From positions 16,326 through 41,526 of the forward strand of contig CAXTTL010000012.1 in assembly GCA_964247135.1 (NCBI GenBank): a DNA stretch of 25,201 nucleotides, in the 5' to 3' direction. Source of the DNA: an uncultured Deinococcales bacterium (GTDB lineage Bacteria; Deinococcota; Deinococci; Deinococcales; JAAFIG01). Below the pieces are notes generated by a model. It did no database searches and was not told the origin of the DNA. It saw only the letters and a program-made list of their open reading frames with translations. The position numbers and the translations under genes were made by a program. Shown here piece by piece: positions 17,143-25,201 of the stretch. The stretch's first letter is position 1. Each line of letters begins with the position of its first letter.

Positions 17143-18000
17143 ATGAAACTCGCTTCACTCAAAGACGGACGCGCCATCGTCACCGACGGCACAAGGTTTA
17201 CGCCACTCGCCAGCCTGGGATTTTCTGGTTCGATGCTCGAGTTTGTCCAGGCAGGCGAGAGCGCCCTCGAGAAACTGAAGACCAATTTGGCTGGTGTTGG
17301 TTTTCACGAAAACCTCGAGCTGCACGAGCTAGCCCGCCCGATTGCCAAACCAACGAAAGTCATTTGCATCGGTCTAAATTACCGCGATCACGCCATCGAA
17401 GCGGGCATGGCAATCCCAACTGTGCCTGTAGTCTTCTCGAGATTTAACTCGACGCTCCTCGACCCGTTTGAAGACATCCAGCACGACTCGAGCCTGACCT
17501 CAGAACTTGATTACGAGGTTGAATTGGTGATTGTGATCGGCAAAACGGGCAAGCGCATTCTTAAAGAAAATGCGATGGGGCATGTGCTGGGTTACAGCGT
17601 TTGCAACGATGTCAGCGCCAGGGATTTGCAAATGGGCAAAGACACCAGCGGTCAATGGACAAGGGGCAAAAACGTTGACGCCACCTGCCCGATTGGTCCT
17701 TGGATTGTTACAAAAGACGAAGTTCCCGACCCGCAAAACCTCAAACTGGGCTGCATGGTCAACGGCGTGGAATTGCAAAACTCGAGCACCGGCGAAATGA
17801 TTTTCGGCGTCGAAGAGCTGGTGCACCGGTTGTCGTTTTGGTTCACGCTCGAGGCTGGCGATGTGATTATTACTGGCACACCCGTCGGTGTGGGTTTTGC
17901 CAGAAAACCACCCATCTTCTTAAAACCAGGCGATGTGACCAAAGTTTGGGTCGAAGGCGTCGGCGAAATTGAAAATAAGGTTGTTGAGGTGAACGCATGA
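17143..18000 (+). CDS. Fumarylacetoacetate hydrolase (FAH) family protein
   Basis: KVICIGLNYRDH, LDYEVEL, NDVSARD, GK, GDVIITGTP; GGAGG SD. Confidence 0.93.
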   Translation: MKLASLKDGRAIVTDGTRFTPLASLGFSGSMLEFVQAGESALEKLKTNLAGVGFHENLELHELARPIAKPTKVICIGLNYRDHAIEAGMAIPTVPVVFSRFNSTLLDPFEDIQHDSSLTSELDYEVELVIVIGKTGKRILKENAMGHVLGYSVCNDVSARDLQMGKDTSGQWTRGKNVDATCPIGPWIVTKDEVPDPQNLKLGCMVNGVELQNSSTGEMIFGVEELVHRLSFWFTLEAGDVIITGTPVGVGFARKPPIFLKPGDVTKVWVEGVGEIENKVVEVNA

Positions 18001-18767
18001 GACGACTCGAGAAACTCCGTGCCGTCGTGACGGGCGCAGGTTCGGGCATCGGGCAAGCCATTGCGGTTCGTTTTGCACAGGAAGGTGCGAGCGTTGTTTG
18101 CTCTGACATCAACCTCGAGGCGGCAAAAAATACTGTCTCCATGCTCGAGACGCCAGGCTTGACATTTCAAGTCGATGTTTCTAAAGAAACCGAAATGAAA
18201 GCCTTGATCGCGTTCACGCTCGAGCATTTTGGCGGACTCGAGTGCATGGTGAACAATGCAGGCGTCGGCATTGCGGCTCGAGTCACCGAAACCAGCGAAG
18301 AGGATTGGGATCGGGTCATGAACGTCTGTTTGAAAGGCACGTTTTTCGGCATGAAACACGCGATTCCTGCCATTCAACACTCGAGCCACCCCGAAAATAC
18401 CGATGGCAGCGTGATCAATATGGCGTCCATCGCCTCGTTTGTTGGACTGATTGACCGTGTGGCTTACAGCGCCGCCAAAGCTGGCATTCTCGGCATGACC
18501 AGGGCTGCCGCGATGGATCATATTCCCGATGGCATTCGCGTGAATTGTATTGCTCCAGGTACGGTGGACACCCCTTGGGTGCAACGCATCACCGCCGATT
18601 ATGAAGACCCCGAAGCCGCTCGAGTTGCCATGCGAGCCAGACAACCGCACGGACGGCTTGTGACCGCTCAAGAGATTGCGGCGATGGCGGCGTACCTCGC
18701 CTCGAGCGAGGCGATGAGCGTGGTTGGGGCGGCGATGATGGTTGATGGCGGTGTAACCGCGCGATAA
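17997..18767 (+). CDS. SDR oxidoreductase (2-keto-3-deoxy-fuconate dehydrogenase-like)
   Basis: TGAGSGIG, NNAG, DRVAYSAAK, IAPGTVDTPWV, ARQPHGRL; ATGA overlap with the FAH gene. Confidence 0.9.
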   Translation: MRRLEKLRAVVTGAGSGIGQAIAVRFAQEGASVVCSDINLEAAKNTVSMLETPGLTFQVDVSKETEMKALIAFTLEHFGGLECMVNNAGVGIAARVTETSEEDWDRVMNVCLKGTFFGMKHAIPAIQHSSHPENTDGSVINMASIASFVGLIDRVAYSAAKAGILGMTRAAAMDHIPDGIRVNCIAPGTVDTPWVQRITADYEDPEAARVAMRARQPHGRLVTAQEIAAMAAYLASSEAMSVVGAAMMVDGGVTAR

Positions 18768-18777
18768 GCAAAAAAAC

Positions 18778-18808
18778 TGTAGGGGATGGTCTCAGACCAA
18801 CCCCTACA
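18778..18808. repeat. GTAG-type REP-like palindrome, copy 1
   Basis: TGTAGGGGATGGTC-TCA-GACCAACCCCTACA. Confidence 0.8.
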
Positions 18809-18822
18809 CATCAGGAGATAAA

Positions 18823-19296
18823 ATGCGAGACCAACAATTTGTTGCCGTTCATCGAGGTGGATTGCTCAACAAAGAGCATCATCGTCAACTGATGATTTGG
18901 GCGGCAGATTGCGCCGAAAACGTTCTACCGCTTTTTGGTGAACAACCCGATGATTGTCTTCTCGAGGCACTTAAAACGGCTCGAGCCTGGGCAAAAGGAG
19001 AAATTCCTGTGGGTCAAGCGCAAAAAGCCTCTGTACAATGCCACGCGGTTGCTCGAGAATCCATCAATCCTGCGGCAATTTTCGTGGCTCGAGCGGTTGG
19101 ACAAGCAGTTGCCACGGCGCACATGGCAGACCATTCGCTGGGAGCTGATCTCTATGCCCTGAAAGCGGTGAGAGCCGCTGACCAGTCAGTCGATGCAGAA
19201 AAAACTTGGCAGAACGACCAACTTCCACTCGAGATCAAAGAACTTGTCCTTTCCGCCCTGCAAGGCAGTCGTTTTAGGTCCTGGTATTCGATTTAA
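18823..19296 (+). CDS. Putative immunity protein (Imm5-like helical family)
   Basis: WAADCAE.VL..F, A..ARAWAKGE, ARAVGQAVATAHMADHSLG...YALKAV, E..WQ..QLP; AGGAG SD. Confidence 0.75.
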   Translation: MRDQQFVAVHRGGLLNKEHHRQLMIWAADCAENVLPLFGEQPDDCLLEALKTARAWAKGEIPVGQAQKASVQCHAVARESINPAAIFVARAVGQAVATAHMADHSLGADLYALKAVRAADQSVDAEKTWQNDQLPLEIKELVLSALQGSRFRSWYSI

Positions 19297-19325
19297 TTGG
19301 AGGTGATTCGGCAAGTTCACATTTT

Positions 19326-19354
19326 GTAGTGGATGGTCTGAGACCATCCATTAC
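19326..19354. repeat. GTAG-type REP-like palindrome, copy 2 (probable bidirectional 3'-end hairpin)
   Basis: GTAGTGGATGGTC-TGA-GACCATCCATTAC, related to 18778-18808; lies between convergent genes. Confidence 0.8.
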
Positions 19355-19362
19355 GTCAACAT

Positions 19363-21942
19363 TCAATTCACCGACCTCGAACCAAAATTCCAGTGTCCGT
19401 CAACAAAATCAATGCTGAGGCTCGAGTTGTCCTGCACTTCCCCTGCCAGGATTTTCTTCGCCAGCGGCGTCTCGAGTTCGCGTCCGATGGCGCGTTTGAG
19501 CGGTCGTGCGCCGTAGGCAGGGTCGTATCCGACGCCCGCCAGGTGGTCTTTGGCGGCGTTGGTCAACTCAAGGGTCACACGGCGCTCGGCAAGTCTCGAG
19601 CGCAAACCGTTGAGTTGCACATCGACGATTTCGCGCATTTGATGAATGCTGAGCGCCTCAAAAATCACGATGTCGTCAACTCGGTTCAAAAATTCTGGGC
19701 GGAATTCGCGCTGCAAAATGTTCAGAATTTCTTCTCGAGTGCCCTGCGTCATGCCGCCAGACCGTGCCGCCTCGAGAATCACGGGGCTGCCGATGTTGCT
19801 GGTCATGATGATGACCGTGTTTTTAAAGTCCACGGTGCGACCCTGTCCGTCGGTCAATCGTCCATCGTCGAGCACTTGCAAGAGCACGTTGAAGACATCG
19901 TGGTGGGCTTTTTCAATCTCGTCGAACAGAATCACGGCGTAAGGACGGCGACGAATTGCTTCGGTCAATTGCCCGCCCTCTTCGTAACCGACATAACCTG
20001 GAGGTGCGCCGATCAGTCGCGCCACGGTGTGTTTTTCCATGTATTCGCTCATGTCCAGGCGAATCATGGCGCTTTCGGTGTCGAACAAAAATCCTGCCAG
20101 GGCTTTCGCCAGCTCGGTTTTGCCCACACCTGTTGGTCCCAAAAAGATAAAGCTGCCAATCGGACGTTTGGGGTCTGACAATCCCGCCCTCGAGCGACGA
20201 ATCGCGTCCGAAACCGATTTAATTGCCTCATCCTGCCCGATCACACGCTTGTGCAATTCTGCCTCGAGCCGCAAGAGTTTTTCGCGCTCACCCTCGAGCA
20301 ATTTCGAGACTGGAATGCCCGTCCATTTCGAGACAATCCCCGCCACATCATCGTCGGTGACTTGCTGGCTGGCAAACTTGGCGGTTTTCAATTTTTTCTC
20401 GAGAACGCGCATCTCTTGCTCGAGGGCTGGCAAGGTGCCGTATTTGAGTTCGGCGGCTTTGGACAGGTCGTAATCACGTTCCGCCTGATCGATGGCGGTG
20501 CGCGTGGCATCGAGTTTTTCGCGGGTTTCGCGCACCCGCACGAGTTCTTGGCGCTCGGTTTCCCATTCGGCGCGAAGGCTCATGACCTTGCCCGTGATGT
20601 CCTTTAACTCAATCTCGAGGTCTTCGAGGCGGCGCATCGAATCTTCGTCTTTTTCTTTTTGCAGCGCCTGACGTTCGATCTCGAGTTGCAATTTGCGGCG
20701 CTCTAGACCATCAATCTCTTCGGGGCTGCTCTCGAGCTGCATCCGCAATCTGGCTGCGGCTTCGTCGATCAGATCGATGGCTTTGTCGGGCAGTTGCCGT
20801 TCGGTGATGTAACGTTGCGAAAGCGTCGCCGCTGCCACCAGCGCGGGATCGGTGATTTCCACGTTGTGATGCAACTGATAACGCTCTTTCACGCCACGCA
20901 AAATGCTGATCGTGTCCTCGACGCTGGGTTCTTCGACAAACACGGGTTGAAAGCGCCGCTCGAGCGCCGCGTCCTTTTCGATCTCGCGGTATTCCTTTAA
21001 GGTGGTTGCGCCGATCAAGTGCATCTCGCCACGTGCCAGCGCGGGTTTGAGCATGTTGCCCGCGTCTGGGCTGCCCTCGGTTTTGCCCGCGCCGACAATC
21101 GTGTGAAGTTCGTCGATAAACAAAATCACGTCGCCATCGGCTTTGGTGACATCTTCGATCACGGCTTTGAGGCGCTCTTCAAATTCGCCGCGAAATTTTG
21201 CGCCCGCCAGCAAACTCGAGATTTGCAAGCTGACGATGCGTTTGTCCTTCAAGCCGTCTGGCACGTCGCCCTTGACGATGCGCTGTGCCAAACCTTCGGC
21301 GACGGCGGTTTTACCCACGCCAGGTTCGCCAATCAAAACTGGGTTGTTCTTGCTGCGTCTGAGCAAAATCTGCATGATCCTACGAATCTCCTCGTCGCGC
21401 CCAATCACGGGGTCAAGTTTTCCTTCCCTTGCTGCTTGCGTGAGGTCGGTTCCGTATTTATCGAGCGATTCAAAATGTTGTTCTGCGGTTTGTGAATCCA
21501 CGCGTTTGCCTCCACGTTGTTGTTCGATTGCAGCTCTCAAGGCTTTGACATCAGGAAGTTCCTTGCCGTTGTGCTGCTCGCGCATGGCAAGGAAAAGCAC
21601 GTCCAAGCCGACAAAAGAATCGCCAAACTCTTTCGCCAATTTCTCAGCACGGTCAACCGCTCTTGCCGCCTCACTCGAGAGGTACTGCCCTGGTTGCGTG
21701 CTGCCCGAAACTTTGGGCAGTTTTGCCAGTGCCGCCTCGAGCGCTATTCGTGCCGTTTGCGCGTCGCCTCCAGCCAAATTGACGGCTCGAGCCGCTGGGC
21801 TGCCTTGGTTGCTCGAGTCCGGTTGCAATGCCGCCAGCAAAAAGTGAACGGGCGTGATCTGCGAGTTGCTGCGCGAGGTTGCCATCTGCTGCGCGGTTTG
21901 CAGCGCTTGTCCTGCGAGTTCGGTAAATTTTTCGTTGTTCAT
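19363..21942 (-). CDS. clpB: ATP-dependent chaperone ClpB
   Basis: Two AAA+ modules ([16 protein letters not shown]), KFRGEFEER, coiled-coil M domain (AAELKYG), [13 protein letters not shown]. Confidence 0.97.
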   Translation of the reverse strand: MNNEKFTELAGQALQTAQQMATSRSNSQITPVHFLLAALQPDSSNQGSPAARAVNLAGGDAQTARIALEAALAKLPKVSGSTQPGQYLSSEAARAVDRAEKLAKEFGDSFVGLDVLFLAMREQHNGKELPDVKALRAAIEQQRGGKRVDSQTAEQHFESLDKYGTDLTQAAREGKLDPVIGRDEEIRRIMQILLRRSKNNPVLIGEPGVGKTAVAEGLAQRIVKGDVPDGLKDKRIVSLQISSLLAGAKFRGEFEERLKAVIEDVTKADGDVILFIDELHTIVGAGKTEGSPDAGNMLKPALARGEMHLIGATTLKEYREIEKDAALERRFQPVFVEEPSVEDTISILRGVKERYQLHHNVEITDPALVAAATLSQRYITERQLPDKAIDLIDEAAARLRMQLESSPEEIDGLERRKLQLEIERQALQKEKDEDSMRRLEDLEIELKDITGKVMSLRAEWETERQELVRVRETREKLDATRTAIDQAERDYDLSKAAELKYGTLPALEQEMRVLEKKLKTAKFASQQVTDDDVAGIVSKWTGIPVSKLLEGEREKLLRLEAELHKRVIGQDEAIKSVSDAIRRSRAGLSDPKRPIGSFIFLGPTGVGKTELAKALAGFLFDTESAMIRLDMSEYMEKHTVARLIGAPPGYVGYEEGGQLTEAIRRRPYAVILFDEIEKAHHDVFNVLLQVLDDGRLTDGQGRTVDFKNTVIIMTSNIGSPVILEAARSGGMTQGTREEILNILQREFRPEFLNRVDDIVIFEALSIHQMREIVDVQLNGLRSRLAERRVTLELTNAAKDHLAGVGYDPAYGARPLKRAIGRELETPLAKKILAGEVQDNSSLSIDFVDGHWNFGSRSVN

Positions 21943-22002
21943 GAATGCACCTCGAAAAGTTCTTGATGCTCGAGATTTAGCTCGAGTTATTTAGTGCCTT
22001 AA

Positions 22003-22032
22003 ATCATAAGACTTGAGTGTGGTATTGTCAAA
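22003..22032 (-). promoter_or_regulatory. clpB sigma-A promoter overlapped by a HAIR-like (HspR) operator
   Basis: TTGACA (22031-22026), 17 nt, TATGAT (22008-22003); CTTGAGT-N7-TGTCAAA (22012-22032) versus HAIR consensus CTTGAGT-N7-ACTCAAG. Confidence 0.8.
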
Positions 22033-22100
22033 TTTCTCGAGTGTTTAAAGCAAGAATTTTGTCTGTGACTCTAAATTCGATCAAAACATTTGCGGAATTT

Positions 22101-22898
22101 CTACACATTTTGGAGTGGTTTTCCCCAAACGATCTCGGCGGCAATTTGAAGTTGAACCACATCACCCGTGAATTGGCTCACCAAGTTACCAACCGCTTTG
22201 TCAAACTCAAAATAACGCTCTTTTGTCATGCGTTCTTGTGAAAACGATGCGCGACCATGAAACGATTCGATATACGACTCGAGCGATTGCTTGAACGTCA
22301 CGGACGATGTTTGTGTCGAACCTAATTTTTGAAACAATCCGCGTTGCTCGAGACATGCAATCAAATCAAAGTTTTGGAAATCCTGGACGGTGGAATACCT
22401 TGAAATGATGTTTTTCAATTCCTTGTCCCACGGCAAGGTTTCTTGGATCGGCGTCACAACTGCCAAGATGCCATCTGGTTCGAGTATTCTCGCAAAATGC
22501 GGCAATGCAATGTTCCAATCCATCCAATGCAAGCTTTCTCCAGCAACGATGAGTGAATACTGCTGATTTGGAGTAAACTCCTCGGCTCGAGCAACATGCC
22601 ATTGAAGGTTTGGGTGATCGCCATTCTCGAGTTGCTGGGCATGAGCGATCATTTCGGGCGAAATGTCAACTGCGTCCAAAGCCCCAACAAGATTGACCAA
22701 CTGTCGAGCTAGAAATCCCGTACCACAGCCGACATCCAGCACTCGTCCCAACGGATTTGACATCAATGAAACTAGGTATTCAAAAGTCTTGAGTGGATAT
22801 TGTGGTCGATGTTGGTAAGCCTTAACAACACTCGATTCCTGGAAGGCAGAAGCGTTGTACGCATTCAAGTGTGAAGGCTTATCTGAATTGCTGCTCAT
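22101..22898 (-). CDS. Class I SAM-dependent methyltransferase
   Basis: YQHRPQYP, VLDVGCGTG, AVDISPEM, ESLHWMD, LEPDGILAV. Confidence 0.9.
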   Translation of the reverse strand: MSSNSDKPSHLNAYNASAFQESSVVKAYQHRPQYPLKTFEYLVSLMSNPLGRVLDVGCGTGFLARQLVNLVGALDAVDISPEMIAHAQQLENGDHPNLQWHVARAEEFTPNQQYSLIVAGESLHWMDWNIALPHFARILEPDGILAVVTPIQETLPWDKELKNIISRYSTVQDFQNFDLIACLEQRGLFQKLGSTQTSSVTFKQSLESYIESFHGRASFSQERMTKERYFEFDKAVGNLVSQFTGDVVQLQIAAEIVWGKPLQNV

Positions 22899-22981
22899 GG
22901 TTAACCAAGTATAAGCTTGGCAATTAAAACTTTCTTTGAAGTCGTTCGAGAAACCGACCAATACCAGTTAAGCTACATGCC

Positions 22982-23452
22982 ATGTCAGACCTCACGCACT
23001 TTAAAGACGGGCGACCCCACATGGTCGATGTCTCCGACAAAACTGCCACAAGGCGCGAAGCCACCGCCGAAGCCACGATTCTTCTGCCACTTGAAGCTCG
23101 AGCAGCCCTGGACCGAGGCGGCGTGGGCAAAGGCGACCCGCTCATGGTGGCGCAACTTGCGGGCATCATGGGTGCAAAAAAAACCAGCGATCTGATCCCA
23201 CTGTGCCATCCAATTCCACTCTCGAGCGTGGACGTGACGCTCGAGCGAACCGAAGTTGGTGTTCGCGTGACCGCCACAGCCCGAACCACCAACCAAACTG
23301 GGGTTGAGATGGAAGCCTTGACCGCCGTGAGTGTTGCCGCGTTAACGGTTTACGACATGCTGAAAGCCGTCAGTAAAGGTATTGAAATCTCGAAGATTCG
23401 GTTATTGAAAAAAACGGGTGGAAAATCTGGGGATTGGGTCGCTCAAGACTGA
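22982..23452 (+). CDS. moaC: Cyclic pyranopterin monophosphate synthase MoaC
   Basis: LTHF...[45 protein letters not shown]. Confidence 0.97.
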   Translation: MSDLTHFKDGRPHMVDVSDKTATRREATAEATILLPLEARAALDRGGVGKGDPLMVAQLAGIMGAKKTSDLIPLCHPIPLSSVDVTLERTEVGVRVTATARTTNQTGVEMEALTAVSVAALTVYDMLKAVSKGIEISKIRLLKKTGGKSGDWVAQD

Positions 23453-23484
23453 ATCTCAAGTCATCACGGGCGTTATACTGCCCC

Positions 23485-24846
23485 ATGCCCAACATTTCCG
23501 AAACCGACCTGCAAACCGCCAATGCCGAACTCCTCGAGTGGCTGCGAATTCCCAGCATCAGCACCCTGCCCGAGCGCAAAGCCGACATGAACCGCGCCGC
23601 CGAATGGTTGCACGCCAAGCTCGAGAACATCGGGTTCATTTCTGAAATCCTCGAGACTGCGGGTCATTCGGTGGTTTTTGCCGAGCGCAAATCGAAGAAC
23701 TCGAGTGCTCCGACGGTTTTGCTCTATGGTCATTATGATGTTCAACCTGTTGACCCCGAAAACGAATGGATCACGCCACCATTTGCACCAGAAATCCGTG
23801 ATGGACAGATTTTCGCTCGAGGTTCGACAGACGACAAGGGACAGGTTTTTGCACACGTCAAAGCGCTCGAGTTGTACTTGCGTGACCACGGCGATTTGCC
23901 AATCAATATCAAACTGTTGATTGAAGGCGAAGAAGAGATTGGCAGTCCAAACCTGACGCCTTTTGTCGAAGCCCACAAGCAAAAACTCGAGTGCGATGTG
24001 GTTGTGATTTCTGACGGCAGCATGTTCGCGCCCGGCGTTCCAACATTAACTACAGGCTTGCGAGGTTTGGCGTATTTTGAAATTCATGTTCAAGGCGCGT
24101 TCAAAGACCTGCACTCGGGCGGGTACGGTGGCGCGGTTGCCAACCCGATTCAAGCCCTCGCGCAAATCATTCAAAGTTTACGAGATGGCAACGGCAAAAT
24201 TTTAATTCCAGGCGTGTACGACAAGGTTCGTGAAATCTCGAGCGTCGAAAAAGAGGCTTGGGCAAAATTACCATTTTCAGAAGCTGACTTTGCCAAATCA
24301 GTTCATGTGAATGAACTTCCGGGCGAACCAGGGTTCAGCGTCCTCGAGCGACTTTGGGCGCGACCCACCCTCGAGATCAACGGTATTTGGGGCGGCTTTC
24401 AAGGCGAGGGTGCAAAGACCGTACTGCCAGCCAAAGCGGGCGCGAAAGTCAGTTTACGGCTCGTGCCAGACCAAACACCAGACGAAATTGCAACACTGGT
24501 GCAAAAACACATTGACAGCCTCGAACTGCCAGGCGTCACCGTCGAGTTGAAATTCTTGCACGGCGGAATGCCCGCGTTGGTTGAATTCTCGAGTGCGGCG
24601 GCTCAAGCATCAATTCGGGCGCTCGAGAAAGCATATCCAGGCAAGGAAGTTGCCATCACTCGAGGTGGCGGCACGATTCCTGTGGTGGCAACCTTCAAAG
24701 AAATGCTGGGCGCTCCGGTTTTACTGGTCGATTACGGCTTGCCCGATGACGGGGCGCACGGACCAAACGAACGCTTCACGCTCGAGTGTTTCCACAATGG
24801 CATCAAAACCAGTGGATTCTTGTACGAAGAACTTGCAAAATTGTAA
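23485..24846 (+). CDS. M20 family dipeptidase
   Basis: YGHYDVQP, ARGSTDDKG, EGEEEIGS, DLHSG, GGTIP, HGPNE; TATACT 5 nt before ATG 23485. Confidence 0.93.
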   Translation: MPNISETDLQTANAELLEWLRIPSISTLPERKADMNRAAEWLHAKLENIGFISEILETAGHSVVFAERKSKNSSAPTVLLYGHYDVQPVDPENEWITPPFAPEIRDGQIFARGSTDDKGQVFAHVKALELYLRDHGDLPINIKLLIEGEEEIGSPNLTPFVEAHKQKLECDVVVISDGSMFAPGVPTLTTGLRGLAYFEIHVQGAFKDLHSGGYGGAVANPIQALAQIIQSLRDGNGKILIPGVYDKVREISSVEKEAWAKLPFSEADFAKSVHVNELPGEPGFSVLERLWARPTLEINGIWGGFQGEGAKTVLPAKAGAKVSLRLVPDQTPDEIATLVQKHIDSLELPGVTVELKFLHGGMPALVEFSSAAAQASIRALEKAYPGKEVAITRGGGTIPVVATFKEMLGAPVLLVDYGLPDDGAHGPNERFTLECFHNGIKTSGFLYEELAKL

Positions 24847-24856
24847 CGCCAAAATT

Positions 24857-25201
24857 TCAAATTGAAACAGGATTCCCGCGCGGAAAATACATTCCAGTGC
24901 GGGTTTCTTGCAGGTATTCCTCGAGTTGCGGCATTCTGGATTTAATCGCGGCAGCGCACTCAAGTTCGATGTCATACGGCACGCGCACCAGGGTTAGCTC
25001 GAGTCCGAGGCTACCGTGCAAAATGCCGTAGCTGGGTGTTGGATCGTCGAGCGGATTGCCGACGCTGCCGACGTTGAACACCATTTTTCGCCGCATCTCA
25101 GGCATTGGTTCTGGATGGCGACGCAAATAGCGTACCAGGGTCGTGTGAATATCGCCGTAACCAATGGCGGATGGGATGGGAGCGTCCATGCCAACGAGTT
25201 C
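24857..25201 (-). CDS. Metallophosphoesterase, C-terminal part (5' end outside the window)
   Basis: YGDIH, FNVGSVGNPLD, YGIL, LVRVPYDIE; frame stays open to the window edge. Confidence 0.8.
   Translation of the reverse strand, partial: ELVGMDAPIPSAIGYGDIHTTLVRYLRRHPEPMPEMRRKMVFNVGSVGNPLDDPTPSYGILHGSLGLELTLVRVPYDIELECAAAIKSRMPQLEEYLQETRTGMYFPRGNPVSI

Noticed and set aside
19393-21966. Long plus-strand ORFs opposite clpB (similar ones occur opposite the ABC and SDR genes)
   Set aside because: Typical antisense open frames caused by codon bias in conserved genes.

Overview
Bacterial chromosomal window, most likely Deinococcota. This is inferred from a DUF3208-like gene, a Cys-less FmdB-like gene, many leaderless TANNNT promoters and an HspR/HAIR-type operator at clpB. 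It holds about 28 CDS: galK, clpB, moaC, an M20 dipeptidase, two SAM methyltransferases, and a LacI-controlled divergent sugar cluster (ABC transporter, FSA-type aldolase, PfkB kinase and DeoM-like mutarotase on one side; SDR-FAH-SDR on the other). It also has GTAG-type REP palindromes and a 28-bp tandem repeat. The standout is at the left edge on the minus strand. Directly downstream of a 243-aa uncharacterised protein lies a circularly permuted tRNA-like element: T arm, acceptor 3' strand and ACCA come BEFORE the acceptor 5' strand and D arm. It is preceded by contiguous hairpins with 6-nt periodicity, and their motif recurs at the protein's own translation start, suggesting a candidate protein + tRNA-mimic ncRNA system. 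The palindrome CTCGAG is also strongly over-represented throughout the window (HIP1-like). Family assignments come from motif recognition and memory, not from database searches.
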